DNA of 48,586 bases from Bryobacterales bacterium (GTDB lineage Bacteria > Acidobacteriota > Terriglobia > Bryobacterales > Bryobacteraceae), in NCBI GenBank assembly GCA_003136215.1, contig PLDO01000523.1:16708-65293 (forward strand), written 5' to 3'. The first letter of the stretch is position 1, and each line of letters opens with the position of its first letter. Shown here in pieces: positions 1-9,812 of this stretch. Made by a program: the position numbers and the translations under genes. The notes under the pieces are model-generated. The model had not been told where the DNA came from and ran no database searches. It saw nothing but the letters and a program-made list of their open reading frames with translations.

Positions 1-264
1 CAAGCCCGTCTGCCAGTTAAATGCCTGGCTGAAAAGGCCGCTCGGATATCGCACCCATCCCGGTGAAAGCTCTGCCGCCAGATTGTTCAACCGGTAATCG
101 AAGAACTCCGCCGGAAAAACAACCTCGTCGTTGAAGCCACTGAAGCCTGAGTGGAGCGGAGTGGCGCGCGTGGTGTCGATGTCGATGGTGGCGGAAACCT
201 GCGCGGGCGCGCTCAAACTGGCCGCCACGAATGCCAGGGGGAGCCAGACGGGGAGAATTTTCAC
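1..264 (-). CDS. 5' part of a secreted protein that runs off the window start; possibly glycoside-hydrolase-like
   Basis: Absent from the ORF track because it is edge-truncated. The reverse strand reads GTG (264-262) then VKILPVWLPLAFVAASLSAPAQVSATIDIDTTRATPLHSGFSGFNDEVVFPAEFFDYRLNNLAAELSPGWVRYPSGLFSQAFNWQTGL, 88 codons with no stop down to position 1. The N-terminus is a typical signal peptide. 'RYPSG' weakly recalls the RYPGG motif of some (beta/alpha)8 glycosidases. Confidence 0.5.
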   Translation of the reverse strand, partial: MKILPVWLPLAFVAASLSAPAQVSATIDIDTTRATPLHSGFSGFNDEVVFPAEFFDYRLNNLAAELSPGWVRYPSGLFSQAFNWQTGL

Positions 265-352
265 GACAATCAAACCAACCCCCAGCTTCCGTTGAAGTTG
301 CGGAACTGCCGGTGCGACCGCAACTACACCCGGCGTCGCGGTTTTATCGAGT

Positions 353-2305
353 GTGATACAACGCCATCGAATTCTCCGCGCCAGCCTCGCCATGGTGCCG
401 GTAATTCTCGCGGCACTGCTGCTCACCGGCCGCGCCCCCACTCAAAATGCCCCGCCGCCCGCCGCTCCGCCCGGCCTCGAAAAGATCCAGCATTTCGTGT
501 TCATCATGCAGGAGAATCGCAGCTTCGATCACTACTTTGGGACCTATCCCGGCGCCGAGGGCATACCTCCCGGTGTCTGTGTTCCGGGCGCGTCCGGCAG
601 CGCCTGCGTTGCCCCCTCCCACGATGCCCAACTGGTCAACCAGGGCGGAGCCCACAATTGGGCCAACGCGCTGGCCTGCATCGACGGCGGGCTGATGGAT
701 GGCTTCATCGCCGGTTCCGCCCAAAAGCCCGGGGACGTGATGGGATGGCACGACTATCGCGAGCTTTCCAACTATTGGAACTACGCCCGCCTCTATGTGC
801 TTCAGGACCGCCTTTTTGAGTCCATCACATCCTACAGCCTGCCGGCCCACCTGTATATGCTGGCGGCGCAGAGCGGCGGATACATCGGCACCGGTCAGGC
901 CAGGCCGGTGTCTTACTCTATTTCCGAGATCACGCAACTCCTGGGCAGCGGCAAGATCGACTGGAGGTATTACGTGAACCGCGGCAAGACGGCGGGCGCC
1001 GCGGACGGCGGCGTGGCCGACGTCGATTCGGACGAAACCACCTACACCTTCTGGAATCCCCTTCCCGCGTTTCCAGCCGTCAAGAACGATGCCACCCAGT
1101 TTAGCCGCCTCACCGATGCCACCCAGTTCTACACCGATGCGCAGAACGGCACCCTGCCGCAGGTGAGCTGGATCATCCCCAACAGCACCCTCAGCGAACA
1201 TCCGCCTGCCAGTGTCGCCACCGGCATGAACTACGTCACCGGCCTGGTGAACGCGGTGATGAATTCCCCGCAGTGGAGTTCCACCGCGATCTTTATCGCC
1301 TGGGACGATTGGGGCGGATTCTACGACCACGTCGACCCTCCCAAAGTGGACCAGTACGGATTGGGCATTCGAGTCCCCGGCCTGGTCGTCAGCCCTTATG
1401 CCCGGCAGGGCTACGTCGATCACAAAACCTATTCCTTCGAGTCGTGGCTCCGGATCGTCGAGGAGCGATTCGGCGTCACACCCATGACGGGCCGTGACAA
1501 TACCGCCAACGATATGGCCGACGCCTTCGATTTCACCCAGCAGCCGCGCCCGCCGGTCCCGATGAACACGAACGGCTCCCCCTATCCGCCGGCGCCTCAG
1601 ACTCCGGTGCATGCCGCGGGGACGCTGGTCGCCACGAATTCCGCATACGGCACATACGCGCTCGCGCCCGAAACCATCGCCTCGATTTATGGCTCCAATC
1701 TGGCTGCGGCGCCGCAACAGGCCCCATCGCTGCCCCTGCCGACGACCCTCGGAGGCGTCACGGTCACGCTGAAGGACGCCAATGGCGGCGTGTTTCCGGC
1801 GCCGCTGTTTTACGTCTCGCCGAATCAGGTGAACTGCCTCATCCCCAGCGGCATGGCCACCGGAGCGGCTGCCGTCACGCTGGCCAATGGCGGCGCGACG
1901 TTCACCGGCACTGCGATGATCGCACCCACGGCTCCGGGACTCTTCACGGCGAACCTGAGCGGACAGGGGCCGGCCGCGGCACAGGTGACCAACGGCCAGG
2001 CCTACTCCAATACGTCGCAATGCAGCTCCGCTGGAAATTGCACCCTGGTTCCGATCGACGCGGCATCGCGACCTTACCTGATTCTCTATGGAACCGGAAT
2101 CCGCGGTGCGGCCCAGGTCAACGTAGGAGTCAGAATTGGAAACATCGACGCGGGCGTTACATATGCCGGTCCGCAAGGCACCTACACCGGCCTCGACCAG
2201 GTAAATGCCACTCTGCCGGGTACCCTCAAGGGGCGCGGGCAGCTGGTGGTCACCATCACGGTGAATGGCCAGGCCACAAATATGGGGCAATTGCTGTTTC
2301 AATAG
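353..2305 (+). CDS. Secreted phosphoesterase-family enzyme (phospholipase C / acid phosphatase, PF04185-like) with a TIGR03437-like C-terminal module
   Basis: GTG start at 353 (alternative ATG at 392) with a basic, then hydrophobic, signal peptide. Hallmark motifs are [23 protein letters not shown] and [12 protein letters not shown]. The last ~200 aa ([14 protein letters not shown] ... [11 protein letters not shown] ... [12 protein letters not shown]) match the Solibacter-type C-terminal domain. Confidence 0.9.
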   Translation: MIQRHRILRASLAMVPVILAALLLTGRAPTQNAPPPAAPPGLEKIQHFVFIMQENRSFDHYFGTYPGAEGIPPGVCVPGASGSACVAPSHDAQLVNQGGAHNWANALACIDGGLMDGFIAGSAQKPGDVMGWHDYRELSNYWNYARLYVLQDRLFESITSYSLPAHLYMLAAQSGGYIGTGQARPVSYSISEITQLLGSGKIDWRYYVNRGKTAGAADGGVADVDSDETTYTFWNPLPAFPAVKNDATQFSRLTDATQFYTDAQNGTLPQVSWIIPNSTLSEHPPASVATGMNYVTGLVNAVMNSPQWSSTAIFIAWDDWGGFYDHVDPPKVDQYGLGIRVPGLVVSPYARQGYVDHKTYSFESWLRIVEERFGVTPMTGRDNTANDMADAFDFTQQPRPPVPMNTNGSPYPPAPQTPVHAAGTLVATNSAYGTYALAPETIASIYGSNLAAAPQQAPSLPLPTTLGGVTVTLKDANGGVFPAPLFYVSPNQVNCLIPSGMATGAAAVTLANGGATFTGTAMIAPTAPGLFTANLSGQGPAAAQVTNGQAYSNTSQCSSAGNCTLVPIDAASRPYLILYGTGIRGAAQVNVGVRIGNIDAGVTYAGPQGTYTGLDQVNATLPGTLKGRGQLVVTITVNGQATNMGQLLFQ

Positions 2306-2353
2306 AAAACCCATAAAATCGATCCAGATCATGGCTCTTCGGAAAGGGGCGCA

Positions 2354-2866
2354 ATGACCTGGGTATTCCTCATCGGCGGGGCGCTCGTGCTCCTCGTTGC
2401 CATCGTCGCTCTGGTGGGCGCCATGCTCCCCCGCGATCACCACGCCACACGCCAGGCCCGCTACCGGCAGAAGCCCGAAGCCATCTACTTCACTCTCGCC
2501 GGCCCGGTCGATTGGCGCAGCGATATCAAGGCCTTCGGTAGCCTGCCCGACCGCGACGGCCGGAAGCAGTGGTGGGAGCAGGATAGCCACGGACACAAAG
2601 TCGCCTATGAACTGGTCGAAGACAAAATGCCTTCGCGCCGCGTCACCCGCATCGCGGAAAAGAACCTGCCCTTCGGCGGCACGTGGACCATCGACATCTT
2701 CCCCGCGCCCGAAGGCAGTATCGTGCGCATTACCGAGGATGGCGAGATCCACAACGTAATCTTCCGCTTCATGGCGCGCTTTTTCTTCGGCTACACCGCA
2801 AACATGGAAGGCCTGCTCCGCGACCTCGGCCGCCGCTTCGGCGAACTCACCACTATCGAGCCGTAG
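2354..2866 (+). CDS. Small membrane-anchored protein, SRPBCC/polyketide-cyclase-like (weak family call)
   Basis: 170-aa ORF 48 nt after the upstream stop. It has an N-terminal TM helix (WVFLIGGALVLLVAIVALVGAML) and third-position GC bias like its neighbours. The family assignment is from general sequence resemblance only. Confidence 0.6.
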   Translation: MTWVFLIGGALVLLVAIVALVGAMLPRDHHATRQARYRQKPEAIYFTLAGPVDWRSDIKAFGSLPDRDGRKQWWEQDSHGHKVAYELVEDKMPSRRVTRIAEKNLPFGGTWTIDIFPAPEGSIVRITEDGEIHNVIFRFMARFFFGYTANMEGLLRDLGRRFGELTTIEP

Positions 2867-2908
2867 CCGCGCGGTAATCCGCCTGGCCCCGCGCGGTAGA
2901 ATCTACAG

Positions 2909-4204
2909 ATGCCCCGAACCCCGCTCGCGCTCCTGACGCTCTCCTTCGCCCTGTCCGCCGCCGACCAGACCTACGTCCTCAAAGCCGCCCACATGTTCGA
3001 CGGCAAGGGCGATCACGTCGTCTCCCCCGGCCTCGTCGTCGTCACCAACGGGAAGATCACGGCTGTCGGCGCAGCGGCGGCCTTCCCCGCCGGCGCCGAA
3101 ACCATCGATCTCGGCGACGCCACGCTTCTTCCGGGCCTCATCGACGCGCACACCCACCTCACTTACCCCTACGAGCGCGACTTCCGTAACGAGGAACTGA
3201 ACCTTCTCAAGAAGACCATCCCGGAGCGCACGCTGGATGCCGTCGATATCGTGCGCCGTACCCTGATGGCCGGATTCACCACGGTGCGCGACGTGGGCGC
3301 CGGCGATTACATTGATGTGGGACTGCGCAACGCCATTAACGCCGGCAAGATCCCCGGCCCGCGCATGCTCGTCTCCGTGAACGCCATCGGCGCGACCGGC
3401 GGGCATTGCGACTCCTCCGCCGGCTTCGCTCCCAACATCTTCGGCCGCGAGACCGGCATCGCCGACGGCGTCATCAGCGGTCCGGACCAGGCCCGGCAGG
3501 CCGTGCGCTACAACATCAAATACGGCGCCGACATCATCAAGACCTGCGCCACCGGCGGAGTGCTCTCCCTCACCGACGACGTCGATACCGCACAGCTCAC
3601 CCAGGCTGAAATGGACGCGCTGGTGGCCGAAGCGCACGCCCTCCGCCGCAAGACCGCCGCCCATGCCCACGGCGCCACAGGCGCCAAAATCGCCATCCGC
3701 GCCGGCATCGACTCCATCGAACACGGCAGCTTCCTGGACGACGAAGCCCTCGACATGATGAAAGCCCGAGGCACCTACTACGTTCCCACCCTGATGGCCG
3801 CCGAGGGCCTGAAGGAACGCCTCACCGATGGCTACCTGCCGCCCGTAATCGTGGTCAAAGCCCGCCAGGCCGTCGCCGCCCTCGACGCCACTGTTCGCAA
3901 AGCCATCGCCCGCAGGGTGAAGGTGGTGGTCGGCACTGACGCCACCGTCTATCCCCACGGCCGCAACGCCGAAGAGTTTCACCTGCTGGTGAACCTCGGG
4001 ATGAAGCCCGTCGACGCGCTCAAGGCCGGCACTTCCCTGGATGCGGAACTCCTCGGCGTGGCCGACCGCACCGGTTCGCTGGAAGCCGGCAAATTCGCCG
4101 ATATCGTAGCCTGCTCCGGCAATCCCGAGGAGAACATCCGGCAGGTGGAGCACATCCGTTTTGTCATGAAGGAAGGTGTGATTTATCGCAAGCCCGGGGA
4201 CTGA
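2909..4204 (+). CDS. Secreted amidohydrolase-superfamily metallohydrolase
   Basis: Signal peptide MPRTPLALLTLSFALSAA. The motif series LLPGLIDAHTHL (HxH), AHAHG, IEHG and VVGTDA is typical of PF01979 amidohydrolases. Confidence 0.9.
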   Translation: MPRTPLALLTLSFALSAADQTYVLKAAHMFDGKGDHVVSPGLVVVTNGKITAVGAAAAFPAGAETIDLGDATLLPGLIDAHTHLTYPYERDFRNEELNLLKKTIPERTLDAVDIVRRTLMAGFTTVRDVGAGDYIDVGLRNAINAGKIPGPRMLVSVNAIGATGGHCDSSAGFAPNIFGRETGIADGVISGPDQARQAVRYNIKYGADIIKTCATGGVLSLTDDVDTAQLTQAEMDALVAEAHALRRKTAAHAHGATGAKIAIRAGIDSIEHGSFLDDEALDMMKARGTYYVPTLMAAEGLKERLTDGYLPPVIVVKARQAVAALDATVRKAIARRVKVVVGTDATVYPHGRNAEEFHLLVNLGMKPVDALKAGTSLDAELLGVADRTGSLEAGKFADIVACSGNPEENIRQVEHIRFVMKEGVIYRKPGD

Positions 4205-4261
4205 CTTGACCCCCACCCGCGCGAGGGGTTACGGATTTGTTACCATAGTTATGCCCCATAG

Positions 4262-4282
4262 ACCGGACCCGGCCGGTTTTTT
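4262..4282 (+). terminator. Candidate intrinsic terminator after the amidohydrolase
   Basis: ACCGG-acccgg-CCGGT short GC stem followed by TTTTTT (4277-4282). The stem is weak and the T-tract abuts the next start codon. Confidence 0.3.
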
Positions 4283-4284
4283 CT

Positions 4285-5895
<1,611 letters not shown>

Positions 5896-5901
5896 AGAAA
5901 T

Positions 5902-5942
5902 CCGAGCTTCGCGCGGATGCACAAGGCGGAGCCTTATGCCAC
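5902..5942 (+). repeat. Copy 1 of a 41-nt double-hairpin dispersed repeat
   Basis: CCGAGCTTCGCGCGGATGCACAAGGCGGAGCCTTATGCCAC. It fills the 49-nt gap between the convergent stop codons at 5893-5895 and 5945-5947. By hand alignment it shares 37/41 positions with copy 3 and 38/41 with copy 2. Confidence 0.85.
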
Positions 5943-5944
5943 GC

Positions 5945-6640
5945 CTACGTTCTCTCCGTGATCCGGCCGTCGCGCATGTGGACCGTGGAATCGCCGTAGG
6001 CCGCGGCCTCGGGATTGTGCGTGATCATCAGGATGGTCTGCCCCAGCCGCCGGTTCAAGTCGCGCAGCACCTCCAGGACGGCCTTGGAATTCTCCGTGTC
6101 CAGATTCCCCGTGGGCTCGTCGGCCAAAAGTATCGCCGGGTGATTGACAATCGCGCGCGCAATGGCCACACGCTGCTGCTCTCCGCCGGAGAGCGCATTT
6201 GGTTTGTGGTCCAGCCGGTCGTTGATCCCAAGCAGGCGCAGCACCTCCTCGAACTCGGGTTCCGGTTTGGCGTCCGCGCCACCGATGAAGCGCGCCACCG
6301 CGATGTTGTCCCGCGCGGTCAGGTTGGGCAGCAGGTTGAACTTCTGGAAGACGAATCCCACGGTGCGTTTGCGCATGCGCGTGCGCTCTGCGTCGGTCAT
6401 CGCGGACAGGTCTTTGTTATCCACCACGACCTTCCCCGTAGTGGGCGGCGTCAACCCGCCGATGATGTGAAAGAGGGTCGATTTCCCCGAGCCGGACGGC
6501 CCGATGATGGAAAGGAACGCACCCTTCCGGACGTTGAGGTCCACGCCGCGAAGCGCCGGCACGTCCACTTTTCCCACGCGATAGGTCTTGCACAGATCGC
6601 GGATCTGAATGATGTCGCTGGGATTCACGCCGTTACTCAT
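5945..6640 (-). CDS. ABC transporter ATP-binding protein (MacB/LolD type)
   Basis: Walker A GPSGSGKST, signature LSGGEQQRVAIARA and Walker B ILLADEPTGNLD. Its start overlaps the permease stop by 8 nt (ATGAGTAA). Confidence 0.95.
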   Translation of the reverse strand: MSNGVNPSDIIQIRDLCKTYRVGKVDVPALRGVDLNVRKGAFLSIIGPSGSGKSTLFHIIGGLTPPTTGKVVVDNKDLSAMTDAERTRMRKRTVGFVFQKFNLLPNLTARDNIAVARFIGGADAKPEPEFEEVLRLLGINDRLDHKPNALSGGEQQRVAIARAIVNHPAILLADEPTGNLDTENSKAVLEVLRDLNRRLGQTILMITHNPEAAAYGDSTVHMRDGRITERT

Positions 6641-7736
6641 AGGACAGTGCCTCGATCGGATCGTGGGCCGCGGCCGTGAGGCCCGGGTACAGCGCGCCCA
6701 GCAGGGCTCCCAGCAGCGTAATCGCCCCAGCGCGAGGCCACCATTCGTAAACGATAATCATCGGCAGCGAGGCCGGCTTCAGGGCATGAATCAGGCTGGC
6801 CGCCCCGTAACTCATGAGGATGCCCAGGATGGTCCCGCCCAGCCCCAGGAGCAGCGCCTCGGTCAGGATGATCCCTAAAATGAAGCCCTTTGACGCGCCC
6901 AGGCTCTTCAGGATGCCGATCTCGCGCGTGCGCTGCAAGACCGCCATGTACATGGAGAGACACACTACCGCGAATCCGATCACCACGCCGATTCCCATCA
7001 CCACGGCAATGAATCCGGCCAGCGCGGGAACGTTGTCGACGTTGAGCAGGGAGGTGAACTCCTTCATGGAATAAATCGGGTAATCCTCCAGGCGGGCGGG
7101 GCCCTTCAGGTAATCGATGGTCGCTTGCGTGTACGCCGGGTCGTCCAACTTGATGTAAATGATATTGACGTTACCCTGGTTCCCGTTCCGCTCCCGCAGC
7201 GTGTCGATGGGCAGCACGATGTGCGAGAGCTTGCCGCTCTCCATAATGCCGCAGAGGTGCCACTTCGAATTCAGCAGGGTGATGGTGTCCCCCACGTGCG
7301 CCTTGGTCTGGTCGGCATAGTAATCGTCGATGATCACGTCGTCCGGCCGTTGGAAAGGTCCGCCGGAGAGAAATTTGAAGCCACCGCTCATCCTGGCGAA
7401 TTCCGGGTAGTTGATGCCGGTAGCGCCGAGGGTGACGCCTTCCACGGTCACGCTGAACACGCCCATAGCGATTTTCACGTGGGGCTGTTTGGCCACGTAT
7501 CCAACTAATTGCTGCGGAATTGGCGCCGCGCTCAGGCTGAGAATGGAAGAGGTTTTCGGGCGAATCAGGATGTCCGCCCCGATGCCGCGCGCGCGCCTCT
7601 GCGAATCCTCGATGAATCCGTGGCTGAGGCCCACCAGGCAAAGGATCAGCGTCACCGGTACGCCGATGAGCAGGATACTGAGCAGGCTGCGCATTGGACG
7701 GTGTTTGAGATTTTCTAAAACGAGCTTTCCGGTCAC
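6633..7736 (-). CDS. ABC transporter permease, FtsX/MacB-LolCE type
   Basis: I trimmed the track ORF (to 7970) to the GTG at 7736-7734, which overlaps the upstream TGA (GTGA). The N-terminus VTGKLVLENLKHRPMRSLLSILLIGV is typical. A large periplasmic loop is followed by three C-terminal TMs (FtsX fold). An alternative ATG lies at 7694. Confidence 0.85.
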   Translation of the reverse strand: MTGKLVLENLKHRPMRSLLSILLIGVPVTLILCLVGLSHGFIEDSQRRARGIGADILIRPKTSSILSLSAAPIPQQLVGYVAKQPHVKIAMGVFSVTVEGVTLGATGINYPEFARMSGGFKFLSGGPFQRPDDVIIDDYYADQTKAHVGDTITLLNSKWHLCGIMESGKLSHIVLPIDTLRERNGNQGNVNIIYIKLDDPAYTQATIDYLKGPARLEDYPIYSMKEFTSLLNVDNVPALAGFIAVVMGIGVVIGFAVVCLSMYMAVLQRTREIGILKSLGASKGFILGIILTEALLLGLGGTILGILMSYGAASLIHALKPASLPMIIVYEWWPRAGAITLLGALLGALYPGLTAAAHDPIEALSYE

Positions 7737-8668
7737 TTTTTCTTGACTCTTCCTTTGGCTGGGGGAGTGGGCGGCGGCGCCTGGCTGGGAACGGGCGCCT
7801 GCCCGACCACTTGCAGTGTCGACCCTTCGGGCTGCGCCAGCGTGAATTTTTCCTGCGATACGCCTTTGTTGATATCCATCTTGACCACGTCGATCACCAC
7901 CGCGTATTCGTCCCTGGGCCGGTTGATCTCGATGTGTTTCGGAAAAGCCACGTTGTCGTATGGCTTCCAATCGCTGTACCGCGCATCGGTGAGAATATTG
8001 CCCGTAGCGTCGAAAATGAACTGCCGGGCTATGGTGAGATTGTAGCGGTTGAACCAGATGCTGCGGCTGAGCTGCAACTGCCCGTTGCCGTTTTCATGCA
8101 CTACCGGGATGATGTAGAAGGCGTTGTCCTCATCGGTCAGGTTCATCAGCAGCACCTTCTCGGTCTTCAGGTCCACCGGCCGCACCATCATGGCGTCCAG
8201 AAAGTGCTGCGGGCGCAGGTTCTCGAGCTTGTTCGCCGACGGTTCGTCGATCTCGTTCTTGCCGACCAGGAAGCGATTGCGGGACGGAACGTAGAGCTTG
8301 AAATCGAGGCCGTTGGAGACCATGTCGAAGGCCTTGGTGCGCACCACGGGGTAGAGACCGATCAGGCGGATGTCCGACGGGCGGCGGAACAGGACATAGG
8401 CGCGGACGTCCTTGTACTCGGTAATCTTGCTCTTCTCGGCGGTTCCCAGGGCGGGCACCATATCGACTTCGGCATTGAAGTCGCGCACCGCTTCATACTG
8501 CCGCGTGACGCTGTCCAGCAGCGTCTGCCGGTCCGCGGTGAGCAGCGTCTGAGTGGTATTTTTTGCCCCTTTGCGCGCGATCAGGCGGCGGCGGGCAAAG
8601 CACGAGGAAAACCCCACGGAAAGCAGGCACACGACAACCACGCATATCGGGACGCGGCGGAACGGCAT
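7733..8668 (-). CDS. LolA-like outer-membrane lipoprotein carrier/sorting protein, possible lipoprotein
   Basis: Signal peptide ending in a possible lipobox (VGFSSC). It is the first gene of an operon with the FtsX permease and the ABC ATPase. The LolA/DUF4292-like call comes from general resemblance and context only. Confidence 0.6.
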   Translation of the reverse strand: MPFRRVPICVVVVCLLSVGFSSCFARRRLIARKGAKNTTQTLLTADRQTLLDSVTRQYEAVRDFNAEVDMVPALGTAEKSKITEYKDVRAYVLFRRPSDIRLIGLYPVVRTKAFDMVSNGLDFKLYVPSRNRFLVGKNEIDEPSANKLENLRPQHFLDAMMVRPVDLKTEKVLLMNLTDEDNAFYIIPVVHENGNGQLQLSRSIWFNRYNLTIARQFIFDATGNILTDARYSDWKPYDNVAFPKHIEINRPRDEYAVVIDVVKMDINKGVSQEKFTLAQPEGSTLQVVGQAPVPSQAPPPTPPAKGRVKKK

Positions 8669-8727
8669 CAGTTCATTGTAAGCAGCGGGTAAACCGGACT
8701 GTCAATTCGCACTCCGGCGGGCGGATG

Positions 8728-8736
8728 TGTTATATT
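8728..8736 (+). promoter_or_regulatory. Candidate extended -10 element upstream of tRNA-Ala
   Basis: TGtTATATT matches TGnTATAAT with one mismatch, about 100 nt upstream of the tRNA. No good -35 element is present. Confidence 0.25.
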
Positions 8737-8834
8737 CAGTTACGGATCAGCGGCTCTGGAACGTTTGCGGAAAGCGTGCCCTCGCCGAGGTCGGGTTTTC
8801 TCGATCCGGGGTTGCCCGGTCTGCCCTAAAAGAT

Positions 8835-8910
8835 GGGCCTGTGGCGCAGTTGGGAGCGCGCTTCCATGGCATGGAAGAGGTCGACGGTTCGAACCCGTCC
8901 AGGTCCACCA
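8835..8910 (+). tRNA. tRNA-Ala (anticodon GGC), CCA encoded
   Basis: Hand-folded cloverleaf: GGGCCTG/CAGGTCC acceptor with the G3:U70 alanine identity pair, D stem GCGC, anticodon stem CTTCC/GGAAG with loop ATGGCAT, T arm GACGG-TTCGAAC-CCGTC, then A73 and CCA. Total 76 nt. Confidence 0.93.
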
Positions 8911-9130
8911 AAATCCCCTCAAACAAGTCTAAAGACTTCCTGCGTAGCCCAGCACCCACCACCTCTCGCCGACGCCTCGTGATGTCCAAATGAGGTCCAC
9001 CCAAGGTCCATGGCCCATACGGGCGGTGGCGTTTGCCGGTGGCGATTCCAAGGTCTGGTCCGAGTGCCGGAGGCGGGGTCTGACGTTGGCAGGGTCACGT
9101 TGACGCATAATGGGATAGAGAATTGAGTTC

Positions 9131-9436
9131 ATGACGATCGCTGCTGGCATCGAATTGCCCGATACCGAGATCGCTGACATTTGCCGCCGCCATCAGGTCA
9201 GGGAGTTGTCCCTGTTTGGTTCGGCCGCGCGCGGCGAGATGCGCCCCGGCAGCGACATCGACCTCCTCGTTGATTTCCTGCCCGGCGCCCGCCCGGGCCT
9301 ACTGGGCGTTTCGGCGATGATGCGTGAGCTCACTTCCCTGCTCGGCCGCCGCGTCGATCTAGCCGTCAAGCCTGCACTGAAGCCGCTCGTCCGTCCCGGC
9401 GTGCTGGCCGAGGCCCGGTTGATCTATGCGGCGTGA
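9131..9436 (+). CDS. mntA: MntA-type nucleotidyltransferase antitoxin (type VII TA)
   Basis: LFGSAARGEMRPGSDIDLLVDF contains the GS-x(n)-DxD minimal nucleotidyltransferase motif. 101 aa, overlapping the downstream HEPN gene by 11 nt. Confidence 0.85.
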   Translation: MTIAAGIELPDTEIADICRRHQVRELSLFGSAARGEMRPGSDIDLLVDFLPGARPGLLGVSAMMRELTSLLGRRVDLAVKPALKPLVRPGVLAEARLIYAA

Positions 9437-9770
9437 TCAGCAGCGTCTGAACGACATCCTGGAGGCGTTGGACTGGATTGCGAAAACGCTCACCGGGCGG
9501 AGGGAGGCCGATTTCCTGGCCGATGAGACGCTTTGCTACGCCGTCGCCCAAAGGCTGACGGTCATCGGCGAAGCAGTCGCGCGGTTGAGCCCGGAAATCA
9601 CGGCGCGCCACGACTCGGTGCCGTGGGCCGACATCGTGGGGCTTCGGAACATTCTGGTACATGAGTACTTCGGAATCTACTGGCCGTTGGTGTGGCAAAC
9701 CGCGGTTGATCACGCACCGGTCTTACGGAAGCAGGTTGCGGAGATCATGAGCACTGAGTTTCCCGGGTGA
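9426..9770 (+). CDS. hepT: HepT (DUF86) HEPN-domain RNase toxin
   Basis: RNILVHEY matches the R-x4-H-x-Y HEPN motif. 114 aa, in the typical pairing downstream of an MNT gene. Confidence 0.85.
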   Translation: MRRDQQRLNDILEALDWIAKTLTGRREADFLADETLCYAVAQRLTVIGEAVARLSPEITARHDSVPWADIVGLRNILVHEYFGIYWPLVWQTAVDHAPVLRKQVAEIMSTEFPG

Positions 9771-9812
9771 TTGTGTACCATCCTGTCGGCGCCGTCGTAA
9801 GATGGTGAGGCT

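Noticed and set aside
344-2752. 802-aa ORF antisense to the phosphoesterase gene. Similar long antisense ORFs occur at 2903-4216, 9855-11552, 14035-17175, 17244-18452, 20419-22389, 22923-24320 and 25582-26751.
   Set aside because: These are shadow ORFs, as expected on the opposite strand of high-GC genes. They are Arg/Gly/Ala/Pro-rich, have no recognisable motifs, and each fully overlaps a gene with clear family signatures.
6633-6640. An identical ATGAGTAA start/stop overlap at two unrelated gene junctions (6633-6640 and 45105-45112)
   Set aside because: This is an 8-nt coincidence: both downstream proteins begin Met-Ser-Asn. The flanks are unrelated, so it is not a repeat element.
8993-9001. 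AGGTCCACC, a 9-nt copy of the tRNA-Ala 3' end (8901-8909) located 83 nt downstream, considered as an att-site scar
   Set aside because: Nine nucleotides is too short to be significant in a 48-kb window. No integrase or second boundary is visible, so I mention only the TA placement as a weak insertion hint.
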